Shown: positions 28,496 to 45,719, counted from the stretch's first letter. The stretch is DNA of 64,000 bases from the human T2T-CHM13v2.0 reference genome, Homo sapiens (GCF_009914755.1 NC_060947.1); one strand, 5' to 3'. Notes: generated from the letters alone by a model not told the origin. Numbers and translations are program-made.

Positions 28496-28906
28496 TGTCA
28501 GGCCTCTGAGCCCAAGCTAAGCCATTATATCCCTTGTGACCTACACGTACACATCCAGATGGCCGGTTCCTGCCTTAACTGACGACATTCCACCACAAAA
28601 GAAGTGAAAATGGCGTGTCCCTGCCTTAACTGATGACACTGTCTTGTGAAATTCCTTCTCCTGGCTCATCCTGGCTCAAAAGCTCCCCTACTGAGCACCT
28701 TGTGACCCCCACTCTGCCTGCCAGAGAACAACCCCCCTTTGACTGTAATTTTCCTTTACCTACCCAAATCCTATAAAACCGCCCCACTCCCATCTCCCTT
28801 CACTGACTCTTTTCGGACTCAGCCCACCTGCATCCAGGTGAAATAAACAGCTTTATTGCTCACACAAAGCCTATTTGGTGGTCTCTTCACACGGACTCAC
28901 ATGAAA
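28496..28906 (+). terminator. HERV-H 3' LTR7 with intact AATAAA (28842-28847)
   Basis: Direct repeat of the 5' LTR, preceded by the PPT. Confidence 0.85.
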
Positions 28907-29579
28907 ATATTAATATAAAAACAGACACATAGATTAATGGAAAAGAGTAGTAAACTCAGAAGTAAAACCACACACTTACAATTATCTGATCATCAACAAG
29001 GCTGACAAAACCAAGCAATGGGAAAAGCACTACCTATTCAATATATAGTGCTGGGATAACTGGCTAGTTATAAATGCAGAAGAATGAAACTGTACTCTTG
29101 CCTTTCATCATATACAAAAATTACTCCAAGATGAATTAATTAAATTTAAGATATCAGTCTATAAAAAACTTAGAAGAAAACCTAGGAAATATCCTTCTCA
29201 ACACGGGCCTTGGCAAATAATTTTTGGCTGAGTTCTCAAAAGCAATTGCAAATATATGCCAAAAGTTGGCAACTGGTACATAATTAAAATCTTCCGCACA
29301 GCAAAAGAAACTATTAATAGAGTAAACAGACTACCTACACAATGGGAGAAAATATTTGCAAACTACACATCTGAAAAGGTCTAATATCCAGAAACTACAA
29401 GGAAATTAAGCAATTCAATAGTTTAAAAAACAAAAACATTAAGAAATGGGCAAAATATAATCATAGACAAAAGACATACATGCAGTCAAAAATTACATAT
29501 AAAAATACTAATCATTAGAGAAATGTAAATCAAAACCACAATGAGATACCATCTTACACTGGTCAGAATGCCTGTTCTT

Positions 29580-33502
<3,923 letters not shown>

Positions 33503-33504
<2 letters not shown>

Positions 33505-34862
33505 ACGGGCAGACTGCCTCCTCAAGTGGGTCCCTGACCCCTGACCCCGGAGCAGCCTAACTGGGAGGCACCCCCCAGTAGGGGCAGACTGTCACCTCAC
33601 ACGGCCAGGTACTCCTCTGAGACAAAACTTCCAGAGGAAAGATCAGATAGCAGCATTCGCGGATCACGAAAATCCGTGGTTCTGCAGACATTGCTGCTGA
33701 TACCCAGGCAAACAGGGTCTGGAGTGGACCTCTAGCAAACTCCAACAGACCTGCAGCTGAGGGTCCTGTCTGTTAGAAGGAAAACTAACAAACAGAAAGG
33801 ACATCCACACCAAAAACCCATCTGTACATCATCATCATCAAAGACCAAAAGTAGATAAAACCACAAAGATGGGGAAAAAACTGGAAACTCTAAAAAGCAG
33901 AGCACCTCTCCTCCTCCAAAGAAACGCAGTTCCTCACCAGCAATGGAACAAAGCTGGATGGAGAATGACTTTGACGAGTTGAGAGAAGAAGGTTTCAGAC
34001 GATCAAACTACTCCGAGCTACAGGAGGAAATTCAAACTAAAGGCAAAGAAGTTGAAAACTTTGAAAAAAATTTACATGAATGTATAACTAGAATAACCAA
34101 TACAGAGAAGTGCTTAAAGGAGCTGATGGAGCTGAAAGCCAAGGCTCGAGAACTAAGTGAAGAATGCAGAAGCCTCAGGAACTGATGCAATCAACTGGAA
34201 GAAAGGGTATCAGTGATGGAAGATGAAATGAATGAAATGAAGTGAGAAGGGAAGTTTAGAGAAAAAAGAATAAAAAGAAACGATCAAAGCCTCCAAGAAA
34301 TATGGGACTATGTGAAAAGACCAAATCTGCATCTGATTGGTTTACCTCAAAGTGATGGGGAGAATGGAACCAAGTTGGAAAACACTCTGCAGGATATTAT
34401 CCAGGAAAACTTCCCCAATCTAGCAAGGCAGGCCAACATTGAGATTCAGGAAATACAGAGAACACCACAAAGATACTCCTTGAGAAGAGCAACTCCAAGA
34501 CACATAATTGTCAGATTCACCAAAGTTGAAATGAAGGAAAAAATGTTAAGGGCAGCCAGAGAGAAAGGTCGGGTTACCCACAAAGGGAAGCCCATCAGAC
34601 TAACAGCGGATCTCTCAGCAGAAACTCTAGAAGCCAGAAGAGAGTGGGGGCCAATATTCAACATTCTTAAAGAAAAGAATTTTCAACCCAGAATTTCATA
34701 TCCAGCCAAACTAAGCTTCATAAGTGAAGGAGAAATAAAATCCTTGACAGACAAGCAAATCCTGAGAGATTTTGTCATCACCAGGCCTGCCCTAAAAGAG
34801 TTCCTGAAGGAAGCACTAAACATGGAAAGGCACAACCGGTACCAGCCACTGCAAAATCATGC
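33503..34862 (+). mobile_element. Inverted 5' part of the same L1PA3 (distal 5'UTR plus ORF1)
   Basis: 5'UTR GAACGGGCAGACTGCCTCC then ORF1 (ENFPNLARQAN..YPAKLSF). TSD ATGC(C/T)TGTTCTT at 29568-29579 and 34859-34870 brackets both parts. Confidence 0.93.
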
Positions 34863-35823
34863 TTGTTCTTAAAAAATAAAAAACAGCAGATATTGGTGAG
34901 GTTGTGGAAGAAAAGAAATGCTTATACACTGTTGATGAGAATGTAAATTAGTTCAGACACTATGGAAAGTAGTTGAGAGCTTTCTTAAATAACTTAGTTA
35001 TTTCTTAAATAACACAGAGCTACCATTTGACCCATTAATACTGTTACTGAATATATACACAAAGGAAAATAGATCATTAAATCAAAAGACACATGCACTC
35101 ATATGTTCATTGCTAGGCTCTTCACAATAGCAAAGACATGCAATTAACCTAGTGCCCATCAGTGGTAGGTTAAATGAAAAAAATGTCATACATATACACC
35201 ATCGAATACTATGCAGCCATAAAAAAAATTAAATTATGTCTTTTGCAGCAACATGGATAAAGCTGGAGGCCATAATTCTAAGTGAACTAACACAAGATCC
35301 AAAAATCAAATACTGCATGTTCTCACTTGTAAGTGGGAGCTCAAAATTGTGTACACATGGATGTAAACATGGGAATAATAGATACTAGAGACTACTAGTC
35401 AGGAGAGAGTGTGGGGCTTGGGTTGAAAAACTACTCATCAGGTACTAGGCCCAATATCCTGCATGCAATACAACCCTGTAACAAACCTGCACAAGTACCC
35501 CCTATACCTAAAGTAAAAGTTGAAATAAAAAAATCTCAGGATAAAAAATCCTTTATGTTTTTAAAAAATTAATAAGTAAGCTTGAAAGCAAGAAGACACA
35601 GTCTTCAGGTAACATACATAATCTAATAAGAAACTTATAGCCATTAATTAGAGGGATGTAATCCTTTATGAAACTCTGAGATAATTGACATATTCCCCAG
35701 GATAGTTATTTTTTTTTGTCAAAATATCTCATACATTTCAGGATATTTGGCTTTTCTGGACCCATTCACACTAAATGCCAATAAGATCCAATAGTCATTG
35801 CAACAAGTAATAATGCATCAACT

Positions 35824-35994
35824 AGAAGAAAATTTATTATGAGGTTAATGAAGCTCAAATTTAAGGGTCTGCCATTACATAAACTCCTCCCAGAGCCCTG
35901 TACCTAATTTTGTATTTGTAAATTTGTATTATTCTTTAAAAGACATTAAGAGTTGTATAAAACTTCAGACCCCGCAATTCTAGATTTTACCCTG
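35824..35994 (+). mobile_element. MER53 (hAT MITE)
   Basis: gttaatgaagct..gccctgtacctaattttgtatttgtaa..ttgtataa..cttcagacccc..ccctg. Confidence 0.65.
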
Positions 35995-37428
35995 ACTCAA
36001 ACATTTTCAAACTCCGTCAGGCTAGGGAAGGAGGGACAGATACATTCTCAATTGAGAAACCGTGTTTTCAGGAAAAGGGATATTTACACACAAGTGAGGA
36101 TTGGAACTGAGCCTATAGTCTATTTGTGTGTTGGATTCCTGAAAGTCCTCCCTTCTATATATCTGGAAGTGTGAAAATGATTGTGACATGTGTGACCCTA
36201 AATGTGGATAAGGAAGACTCTTTTTCCCGGCCTCAAAAAATGGATTACTAGTGAATTTTTTGTCCTGAAATATGAGTCTAAGGAATTCATCTGCAATAAA
36301 CCAATATCACTATGTGTTTCAACCATGTGTGTTTGAGGGCTGAAATTACCAACTTATGTAAAAATTTTCAGCCAAAAAATTAAGACAATAAATCCTATGA
36401 GGATGATCTTATTAATAAAAATTACAAAATACCTCCCAAATCTCACCACTACAAGGCAAAGTTAGCATATGTAACAAATAGAAGAATTCACACTGGAGAA
36501 AATAAAAATAATAACACGAGCATATGTTATGTCACAGGAATTTAAGGTGTCACATTCCTGTGACAATCTGGAAAAGCCAAAAAAAAGTCCTACAACTTGA
36601 AGATCTTTATAATCTGTCTTTAGGCATAAAATTAAAGTTTTTTTTGTTTTTTTTTTTTTAAATCAGGCCTATGAAACCAGTTCAGACTAAGAACCTCAGG
36701 AATGCTCTGGATTCCAGCTTGAGATGATCTTTGGGTTTGACTGTTGACTCTATCCTATTCGGACAACAAAATCAACTTCTAGGAGTTTCAGAACTTTTAG
36801 AAATGTGATATAAGCTATTGTTCATTTTCTTATAAACATAGTCACATATGTATATAACAAATTTTGTATACAACATCAAGATCATCACAAATTACCCAAC
36901 ATTTATTACTGTACCCCAAAGCAGTCATAAACCCTGGTTAACAACACCTATTATAGATAATAATATCTATGTATAGAAGCAACTGTTGAAATCCTTTGGA
37001 TTTTATGTATCGCAAAAAATTGGGGTTCTACGAAGAGGCTTATATCTCAGCCCTTGTTTATTTCCTCTATGTTGTACTTCCATTTGGTACAGATATAATA
37101 TATCCTGTATATATTATTTAGCTACAGAAAGCATCAAGTAATTTGAGCAAATTCATACTTTTTCATAGATCATTAAATTTCACAATGCTCTTAATCTATA
37201 CCCTTTCAGAGGTGGAGAGTAGGAGATCCAAGCTAAAATGTTAAAAGTATATAACAAATAAATATGTTAAGATAAAATAAAAGTTGAAATTAGTATATAA
37301 TTGAAATAGTGATAGAAGATAAATAAGATAAGGTCAGAAGTGATGATGGCTTAAAGATGCATGTTAAAATTACATAGTATATTTTCCATACCAGGATGCA
37401 AATGTGACTTAAGCTTTCAAGTAGAAAA

Positions 37429-37859
37429 TGTGAACCCCAAAAATCTGAGACAGGTCTCAGTTAATTTAAAAAGTTTATTTTGCCAAGGTTGAGGATGCAG
37501 GCCTGTGACACAGCCTCATGAGGTCCTGACAATATGTTCCCAAAGTGGTCAGAGCACTGTTTGATTTTACGGATTCCAGGGAGACATGAGACATCAATCA
37601 ACATTTCCAAGATGAGCATTGGTTTGGTCTGGAAAGGGACAACTCAAAGCAAAGGTGGGAAGACTGAAAGCAGGGAGAGGACTTCCAGGTCATAGGTAGG
37701 TAAGAGAAAAATAGCTGCATTCTTTTGAATTTCTGATTAGCCTCTCCCAAGGAGGGAATCAGATATGCATTTATCTCAGTGAGCAGAGGGGTGACTTTGA
37801 AAAGCATGGGGGGCAGGTTGGCCCTAAGCAGTTTCTAGCTTGACTTTTCCCCTTTCACA
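37429..37859 (-). mobile_element. MER4A-type solo LTR
   Basis: TGTGAACCCC..CTGAGACAGGTCTCAGTTAATTT...CCTTTCACA; TSD AAAA. Confidence 0.85.
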
Positions 37860-37922
37860 AAAATGTAAAGCATTATTTTCTGATATTGCTTAATCCAAGA
37901 ATATATTTAAAAGCATATAAAT

Positions 37923-38119
37923 CTGGGATCAGAAAACACTTTCTTTAAATAGTGAATAGTTTAAATATTGTGAGCCATATGGTCTCAAACTCATATTCTT
38001 TGCTTTTTTTGTTTTCTGTTTGTTTTATATTAGTTTGTTTTACAGCCCTTAAAAACTGTAAAAGACTTTCTTAGCTCCCAGGCCATACAAAAACAGATCC
38101 ATAAGTTTGCCAACCTCTG
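37923..38119. mobile_element. MER58-type hAT MITE
   Basis: gccatatggtctc..ttcttagctc..ggccatacaaaaacag..agtttgccaacctctg. Confidence 0.6.
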
Positions 38120-38350
38120 ATATGGAAATTTGATTGACTAAGGATTCTTTAAACAATTTTGCATAGATATTGCCTCTTTCTACTGAAATTTGCTAAGACA
38201 GCAATGCTAAATTTCAAGTCGTGCTTACTAATAAGTACCTGATTTATAACCCTTCTTATTTACCAGTTAATTATGAAAGCTATATTATTTCCCAGCAAGT
38301 CAAGTTAGGGATATAATTGCTATTGTCTTGAAAAAGTTTAGAAACCTGAC

Positions 38351-38746
38351 TGTTATTTTGGTTTTCTTGAGAGCAGATGCCAATATGAGATTAGATATTC
38401 AAGACATATGTTTAAAGTAATGTTTATGGAAGATAAACAGAAAAAGCAGAGATAATCTTCATACAGTAATACTGAAACCTGTGAAAGAACAAACCATAGG
38501 GAGGTGGATTGAATATGAAAAGTTCCAGACTGTAGCACAGCTTTGAAAAAGATTTGGTCAGGACATAAAATAGTGCTATGTCCCACAGAGAATACTCATA
38601 CTCTGTTATTGACTGAGGTATTCCAGAAGAAATGTGGACTCAGCACAAAGCAGAGATATATCTAGAGGAACAGTGGCTAGGATTTTCAGCCAACTACACT
38701 TCCCAGAGCAAAAGATCTGAGTGACACATTTCCCTGTCTGCCTACA
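38351..38746 (-). mobile_element. Old ERVL LTR (LTR16-like)
   Basis: gagagcagatgccaatatgagattaga..acctgtgaaag..cagactgtagcacagc..gatctgagtg..ctgcctaca; highly diverged. Confidence 0.45.
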
Positions 38747-39164
38747 CTGACAAAAAAACACAGTTTTTTAAAGAATGGCAAATTTGTCAAATAATTATGT
38801 ACAAAAAAGCATCAGTAATTTAAAAGAGAATTATTTCAGCCTTTTTTACATTTTATTTTTTAAGTGGAAGATTTTTATTATTTTATTTTTATAGATTTTT
38901 AATTTTTAATTTTCATGAGCACATAGTGGGTGTGTATATTTATGGGGTATATAAAATGTTTTGATAGAGGCATGCAATATGAAATAATTAATCACTTCAC
39001 AGAAAATGGGGTATCCATTTCCTCAGGCATTTATCCTTTGAGTTACAAACAATCCAATTACACCCTTTAAGTTATTTTAAAATGTACAATTAAGTTATTG
39101 TTGATTTTAGTCACCTTGTTGTGATATCAAATAGTAGGTCTTATTCATTCGATAATAGAATTGA

Positions 39165-39563
<399 letters not shown>

Positions 39564-40310
39564 TGAGTTAGGGTGAATTCCCTCCTTGTCAATTTTTTGG
39601 AATAGTTTCAAGAGTTTTGGTTTTAGTTTTTCTTTGTATGTTTGGTAGAATTCAGCTCTGAATCCATTTGGTTGTGGGCTTTTTTTGTGGAAGAGGTTTT
39701 TTATTACAGATTAAATCTCACTACTCATTATTGGTCTATTCAAGAGGTCTATTTATTTGTGGTACAATCATCTGGAAAGGTTCTATGTTTCCAGGAATGT
39801 ATCCATTTCCTCTAGGTTTTCTAGTTTGTGAGCCTATAGTTGTTCATAATAGTCTTTGAAGAACTTTTGTATTTCTGTGGTATCAGTTGTAATGTCTTCT
39901 TTTACGTTTCTGATTGTGTTTATTTGGATCTACTCTATTTTCTTGGTTAATCTGGTAATGGGTTTACTAATTTTGTTTATGTTATCGAAGAACCAATTTT
40001 TCATTTCAATCATCTTTTGTATTTTTTTTTTTTTTTTGGTCTCAATTTGATTTAGTTCTTCTCTGACCTTTGGTATTTCTTTTCTTCTGCTAACTCTTGT
40101 GATGATTTCTTTTTCTTGTTTTTCTAGTTCCTTGAGGTGTGATGTTAGGTAAATTTGTAATCTTTTTACCTTTATGATGTAGATATTTAATGCTATAAAC
40201 CTCCCTTATAATACTGCTTTTGCTGTATCCCAAAAGTTTTGATGTCATGTTTTTATTTTTATTTATTTCAAATGTTTTTACAAGTTTTTTCATTTCTTCA
40301 TTAACCCAGT

Positions 40311-40507
40311 TGTTATTGGAAAGAGGTCCCGATCCAGATCCCGAGATGGTTCTTGGATCTCACACAGGAAAAAATTCAGGGTGAGTCTGCAGTGCAAAGT
40401 AAATACAACTTTATTAAGAGAGTAAAGTGGTGAAAGAACAGCTACTCCATAGAGTAGGACATTCCTGAAAGTAAGAGGAGGAACACATCCACCCTAGTTA
40501 CAATGCT

Positions 40508-40539
<32 letters not shown>

Positions 40540-41269
40540 CATGTGTGTGTGTGTATATATATATACACATACATATATATACATATATACATATGCACAT
40601 GTATATACGTATATACATATATGTATATGCACATGCATATACGTATATACATATATGTATATGCACATGCATATACGCATATACGTATATGCATATGCAT
40701 ATATATGTATATATGTATTGTATATATGTGTATATATGTGTATATGTATATATGTGTATATGTATATATGTATATATGTGTATACGTATATATATGTATA
40801 TAAGTATATATGTGTGTATATGTATATATGTATATACGTATATATGTGTATATACATATATATATACATATATACGTATATATACACACACATATATATG
40901 TATATACATATATATACACATACATATATATACACATACATATATATATGATACAAATAGATCTTGGGGAGATGTGTTCTGATGCAAGGGTTTGTGATAA
41001 AGGATTAATTAATTACTACATTTTGCAAGAATCAATATTATTATCTTTAAAGCAAAATTAGGAATGCCCTTGTTCTCCAGATATGGGGATATCTGGACAT
41101 GCCCAAGTCTGGGTCTGTTTCAGTAAACTTCATTAATTTGTTCCCTTAATGGTAAGCATCTAGAGTCTAGGAATTTCTAATTTTCTGGGAATGCAGCCAA
41201 GCAAGTCTCGGCGTCATTTTCCTGGTCCTCACTCAAAATGGAGTCACTCTGGTTTGAACGCCTCTAACA
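40311..41269 (-). mobile_element. MER41-family solo LTR expanded by an internal microsatellite
   Basis: TGTTATTGGAAAGAGGTCCCGATCCAG...ATGGAGTCACTCTGGTTTGAACGCCTCTAACA. Confidence 0.8.
40509..40950. repeat. Compound (TG)n/(TA)n/(TATG)n purine-pyrimidine microsatellite, ~440 bp
   Basis: Read directly; source of the spurious Y/I/C/M-rich ORFs in all frames. Confidence 0.97.
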
Positions 41270-42741
41270 TAATGATTGTGCAGGAGCATGCTATTTAATT
41301 TCTATGTATTTGTTTAATTCACAAAGTTTCTCTTGGTATTCATTTCTAGCTTTATTCCACTCTGGTGTGAGAAGATACTTGATGAGGTTTTAATTTTTAA
41401 AATATATTGACTTGTTTTGTAGCCTAATATGAGATCTATCTTAGAAAATGTTACATGTACTGATAAAAATACTTTGTAGTCTGTAATTCTTGTGTAGAAT
41501 GTTATGTAAATATCTGTTTAGTCCATTTGATCTAAGATCTAATTTAAGTCCAATGTTTCTTTGTTAGTCTCTGTCTTAATGATCTATTTTGAGCTGTTAG
41601 TGGGGTGTTGAAGTCTCCGACTATTATTGTATTGCTTTCTATGTATTTTTTTAGGTCCAGTAATATCTGTTTTGTAAATTTAGATACTTCAATGTTAGGC
41701 ACATATATATTTAGACCTGTTATAGCCTCTTGCTGAATTGATCCCTTTATTATATAATGACATTCGTTGTCTTTTTAAAATTGTTTCTGATTTAAAGTCT
41801 ACTTTAGCTGATATAAGTATAGCTACTCCTGCTCACTTTTTGTTTCCATTTGTGTGAAATATCTTTTTCTACCCCTTTACTTTCAATCTGTATGTACTTT
41901 TATTGGTTAGATAAGTTTCTTTTAAGCAGGATATAGTTGGATCATTTTTTAAGTCCATTCTATCGATCTATTTTTTAAGTGCAGCATTTAGTCCATTTGT
42001 ATTCAGGATTAATATTAATATGTGATTCATTGTCCTGGTAATATTGTTAATTGTTTTCAAATTGTTTTTACGAATTTTTGTTTCCCTTTTATTCTCTTTT
42101 TGTCTTTGTGGTTTCAGAAAATTCTGTCATGTTGCCATTTCATTCTTTCTCTTCCCCCTTTATGTGCTTGTTTTCTGAGAACTGTGTGTTTTATACTTTC
42201 CATATTTAAGGCTTCTTTGAGCATTTCCTGTATGGCTAGTCTAGTGGCAAATTCACTTAGCATTTGCTTATATGAATAAAATTTTATTTCTCCTTCATTT
42301 GTGAAGCTTATTCCAAATAAAATTCTTGGTGGACAGTGTTTTTCTTTTAGCACCTTAAAAATGCAGTTTCATTCTCTTATGGCCTGTAAGGTTTCTGCTG
42401 GAAAGTTCAATGTTAATCTAACAGAGTTTCCTTCATAGCTTACTAGATACATTTTTCTTGTTAATTTTAAAATTCTTTCTTTTACTTGAACTTTAGACAT
42501 TCTGAATACAGTGTTTCATGTTAAAGTAATTTTTGCATTGTGTTTGTCTGTGTAGCACTGGGTTTCTGTACCTCAATGCCTAACTCTCTTGCTAAACTTG
42601 AAAAGTTTACATCGATTACTTCCTTAAATATGTTTTCTATAACTTTTATCTCTATTCCCCCACAGTAATACCAATAATTTGTAAATTAATCAATTTATTT
42701 AGTCCCAGATGTCTCAAAGACTTTTTAAAATCAACTTTTAG

Positions 42742-43806
42742 ATTTTGTCATCAAATACTCCTGAATGCAGGAACAGCATAATAGGAGATACTCAGTGCCC
42801 TGGATTACCACACTTAATTGAAATAAACCATGATGTAAATAAAATAAATGTTGAGATGGATTGTTTATCCAGTGAAATAATGAGTTTACTTCTTCTTGCT
42901 GATGGAGTAGCAGTTAATACTAACAAAAAAGAAGAAATTTCAGATGTTGTGGTAAGAAGGAAACTAAATTTTTCAATTATACCTCAGAATGTTTTAATGA
43001 GTAGCTCTGAAAAAATTATGCCATCACAAAATGACATCTCACAAACTAACATTTCTCAGTCAGTTCTATTTGATAATAAAAATCTCATTACTGAATGCCA
43101 CCTTGTTAATTCAACCTAAACTGTCATAGTCCATTCGTTTAGCTGGAGAGACATCAAGAACATGCCAGACACATTTTATTTGGTGGTAAGCTGATTGCTT
43201 TTTCACATTTAAGCCTCTCTGTGTAGAACAATCAGAAGAATTTTAAATTTAAAAGTAAAACAAAATACTTCCTTCTGTATTTTTAATGCTGTAATATATT
43301 CTTTTTTTTGGACAGGATCTCACTCTGTGTGTAGACTGGAGTACGGTGACATGACCACAGTGTGCTGTAGCCTCAACCTCCTGGGCTCAAGCTATCCAAA
43401 GGAGCTGGGACTACAGGCACACACAGCTATGGGTGGCTATTTTTTTTTTAATTTTGTAGATACAGGGTCTCACTAAGTTGCCCAGCCTGGTCTCAATCTC
43501 CCGACCTCAAGCAATCCTCCTGCTTTTGCCTCCCAAAGTGCTGAAATTACAGGCATGAGCCTCTATGCCTAGTCTGTAATATATTCTTTAGACTATTAAA
43601 AATTTGGGTAATATGTATGTATATTCACATCTATTGAATCTACTTGTGTAATATTATCTGTTTAAATGTTAATTGTTAAGTGAACTGTATGTTTTCAGCT
43701 ATATATCTCAGCAATATATTCCAATTTAGATACAATACTGTTTTTCAAGGGAGGTGGAAATATTTTGTACATTAACCATGCAAAATAAAATTGTACTTTG
43801 AAATAC
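42742..43806 (+). pseudogene. Orphan terminal-exon-like gene fragment (125 open codons, stop at 43117-43119, 3'UTR, AATAAA); parent gene not identified
   Basis: Non-repeat sequence between two L1 fragments. Frame opens right after caacttttAG, protein-like ORF ILSSNTPECRNSIIGDTQCPGLP..ECHLVNST*, AU-rich UTR, AATAAA at 43784-43789. Confidence 0.6.
43302..43574 (-). mobile_element. AluJ in the putative 3'UTR
   Basis: Diverged J-type Alu (ctgggctcaag, ctcaagcaatcctcc); perfect TSD CTGTAATATATTCTTT at 43289-43304 and 43574-43589. Confidence 0.88.
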
Positions 43807-45719
43807 ATTGATTTTTAGATGTTAAAACAACTTTGCATTCTTGGGACAAATCTGAGATAATTGTTTATGATCCATTTAACATGCTGCTGTATTCAGTTGG
43901 CTAGCATTTTGTTGAGCATTTTTACATCTGTTATAAGAGATATCAGACTGCGTGTTTTTTTATTTTGTTTTCTTTGGTTTTCATATCCAGATATTATTGG
44001 ACTAAAATAAAGAGTTGGGAAGTATTTCTTTCTGTTCTGTTTTTAGAAGCATTTATGAGTAATTGGTATCAGTTATTTAAGTGCTTGTTAGAATACAGTA
44101 GCAAAGTCTTTTTTTCTGGGTCTTTGTGAATATATTTTTGGTTAGTAATTTAATCTCTGTGCATGTACTTCTTTTCAGGGTTTTCCTTTTTTTTTTAGTC
44201 ACTTTCAGCATTTTGTGTTTCTCTAGGAACTTTTCTATTTTATGTAAGCTATTCAATTTGTTGGCATACAATTGGTTATAGTATTCCTTTATAATATTTG
44301 AGAAATTTCTGAATAGTTGGTAGTAATGTCACCTAATACTTTAGCTGTGGAATCAGGTCTCCCTTCCTTCATTCTTGGTTAATTGAACTAAAAGTTTTTC
44401 AATTTTGTTGAATTCTTGAAGCACCAGTTTTTGGTTTTGTTGCACTTCTGTATTTTTTTCTATTTTAGATTTTACTAATTTCCAGTATAAACTTTATTCT
44501 TTTTTCAATATACTTACTTTTAGTTTTCTCTTTTTTCCATTTTCCTAAGGCAGTCAGTTAGATTATTGATTTGAGAACTTTCTTCTATCTGAATATAGAC
44601 ATTTTTAACTATATATTTCTCTCTATGCACTATTTAGCTACATCTCATAAGTTTTTGCATGTGTTTTATATTTTTATTTATTTCAAATTATTTTCTAATT
44701 TTCCTTGTGATTATTTATTTGACCCATTTGTTGTATAGAAGTGTATTGTTTAATTTTCACATATTTGTGAGTTTCCAAATTTTCTTTATTATTGGTTCCT
44801 AGTTCCATTCCATTATAACTGAACCAAAATAATTTGTACTATTTCAATCCTTATAACCTTATTTGTCATTTTTTGTTCTCTTTATTTGTTCCTTAATTTC
44901 TGTTACCATTTGCTGTCATTACTACGGACTTATACAGCCTTGGTCTCACCTACATCCTTCATGATATTATTCACACTAATATCACATATTTGTTTGCTAT
45001 ATAATCCAGATACAATTATATACATGTTGTCTTATACAATTGTTTTTAAATTTGTTAAGAGAAGAAATAAGAAATATCTGCTTCTGTGTTAATTTTTCAA
45101 TTGCATAATTACCTTTGCTGTTGCTCTTTGTTTTTGTATGTGTACGTAAATTATTTTCTGCAGTCACTTACTTTTATCCTAAAGAACTTCCTTTGCTATT
45201 TATTATAAAGCAGGTTTGCTAACAACACATTCTCTTAATTTTTAAATAGTTTTGAAATGTCTTTGTCTTCATTGTTGAAAGATATTTTTTCTAAATATAA
45301 GATTTTTGATTGCCTTTTTTTTTCTCAAAGCACTTCAAATATGTATCTCACTGCTTTATGGTCTCCTTTGTTTCTGATAAAAAGGCACTTTTTAATCTTA
45401 TTGGAGTTTCATTGTAAGTTATAAATAAGTTTGCTCTTGCTGATTGCAAAATTTTCCTCTTGTCTTTGATTTTCAGCATTTACATTATGAAGTTTCTTTG
45501 CCTATTTTTCTGCTTTGCTTACATAGCATTTGTTGAGTTTCTAGAATGTGTTGATTAAAGTTTTTCATCAAATCTAGCAAATTTTGAGCATTATTTTTTG
45601 AAGTATTATTTCTGCTTTTTTTACTCCTCTCTGTTACTTTCTTTACTGGTAAGTTTGTGTGCTTAATGTTCCACATTTCTGTGAGAATATGTTCATTTTT
45701 ATTTATTCTAATTTTCTTT

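Larger units (their letters stand above)
23227..28906 (+). mobile_element. HERV-H provirus (5.68 kb, deleted env-less type) with two LTR7s
   Basis: LTRs 23227-23638 and 28496-28906, perfect 5-bp TSD ATATT, His-tRNA PBS, PPT AAGAAGACAGGAA, C-rich leader, gag/pro/pol remnants. Confidence 0.97.

Noticed and set aside
34981-35013. 13-bp local duplication TTTCTTAAATAAC
   Set aside because: Small slippage or repair duplication in a dead L1.
40442-41061. Multiple ~80-180-aa ORFs on both strands
   Set aside because: Translations of a stop-poor microsatellite.
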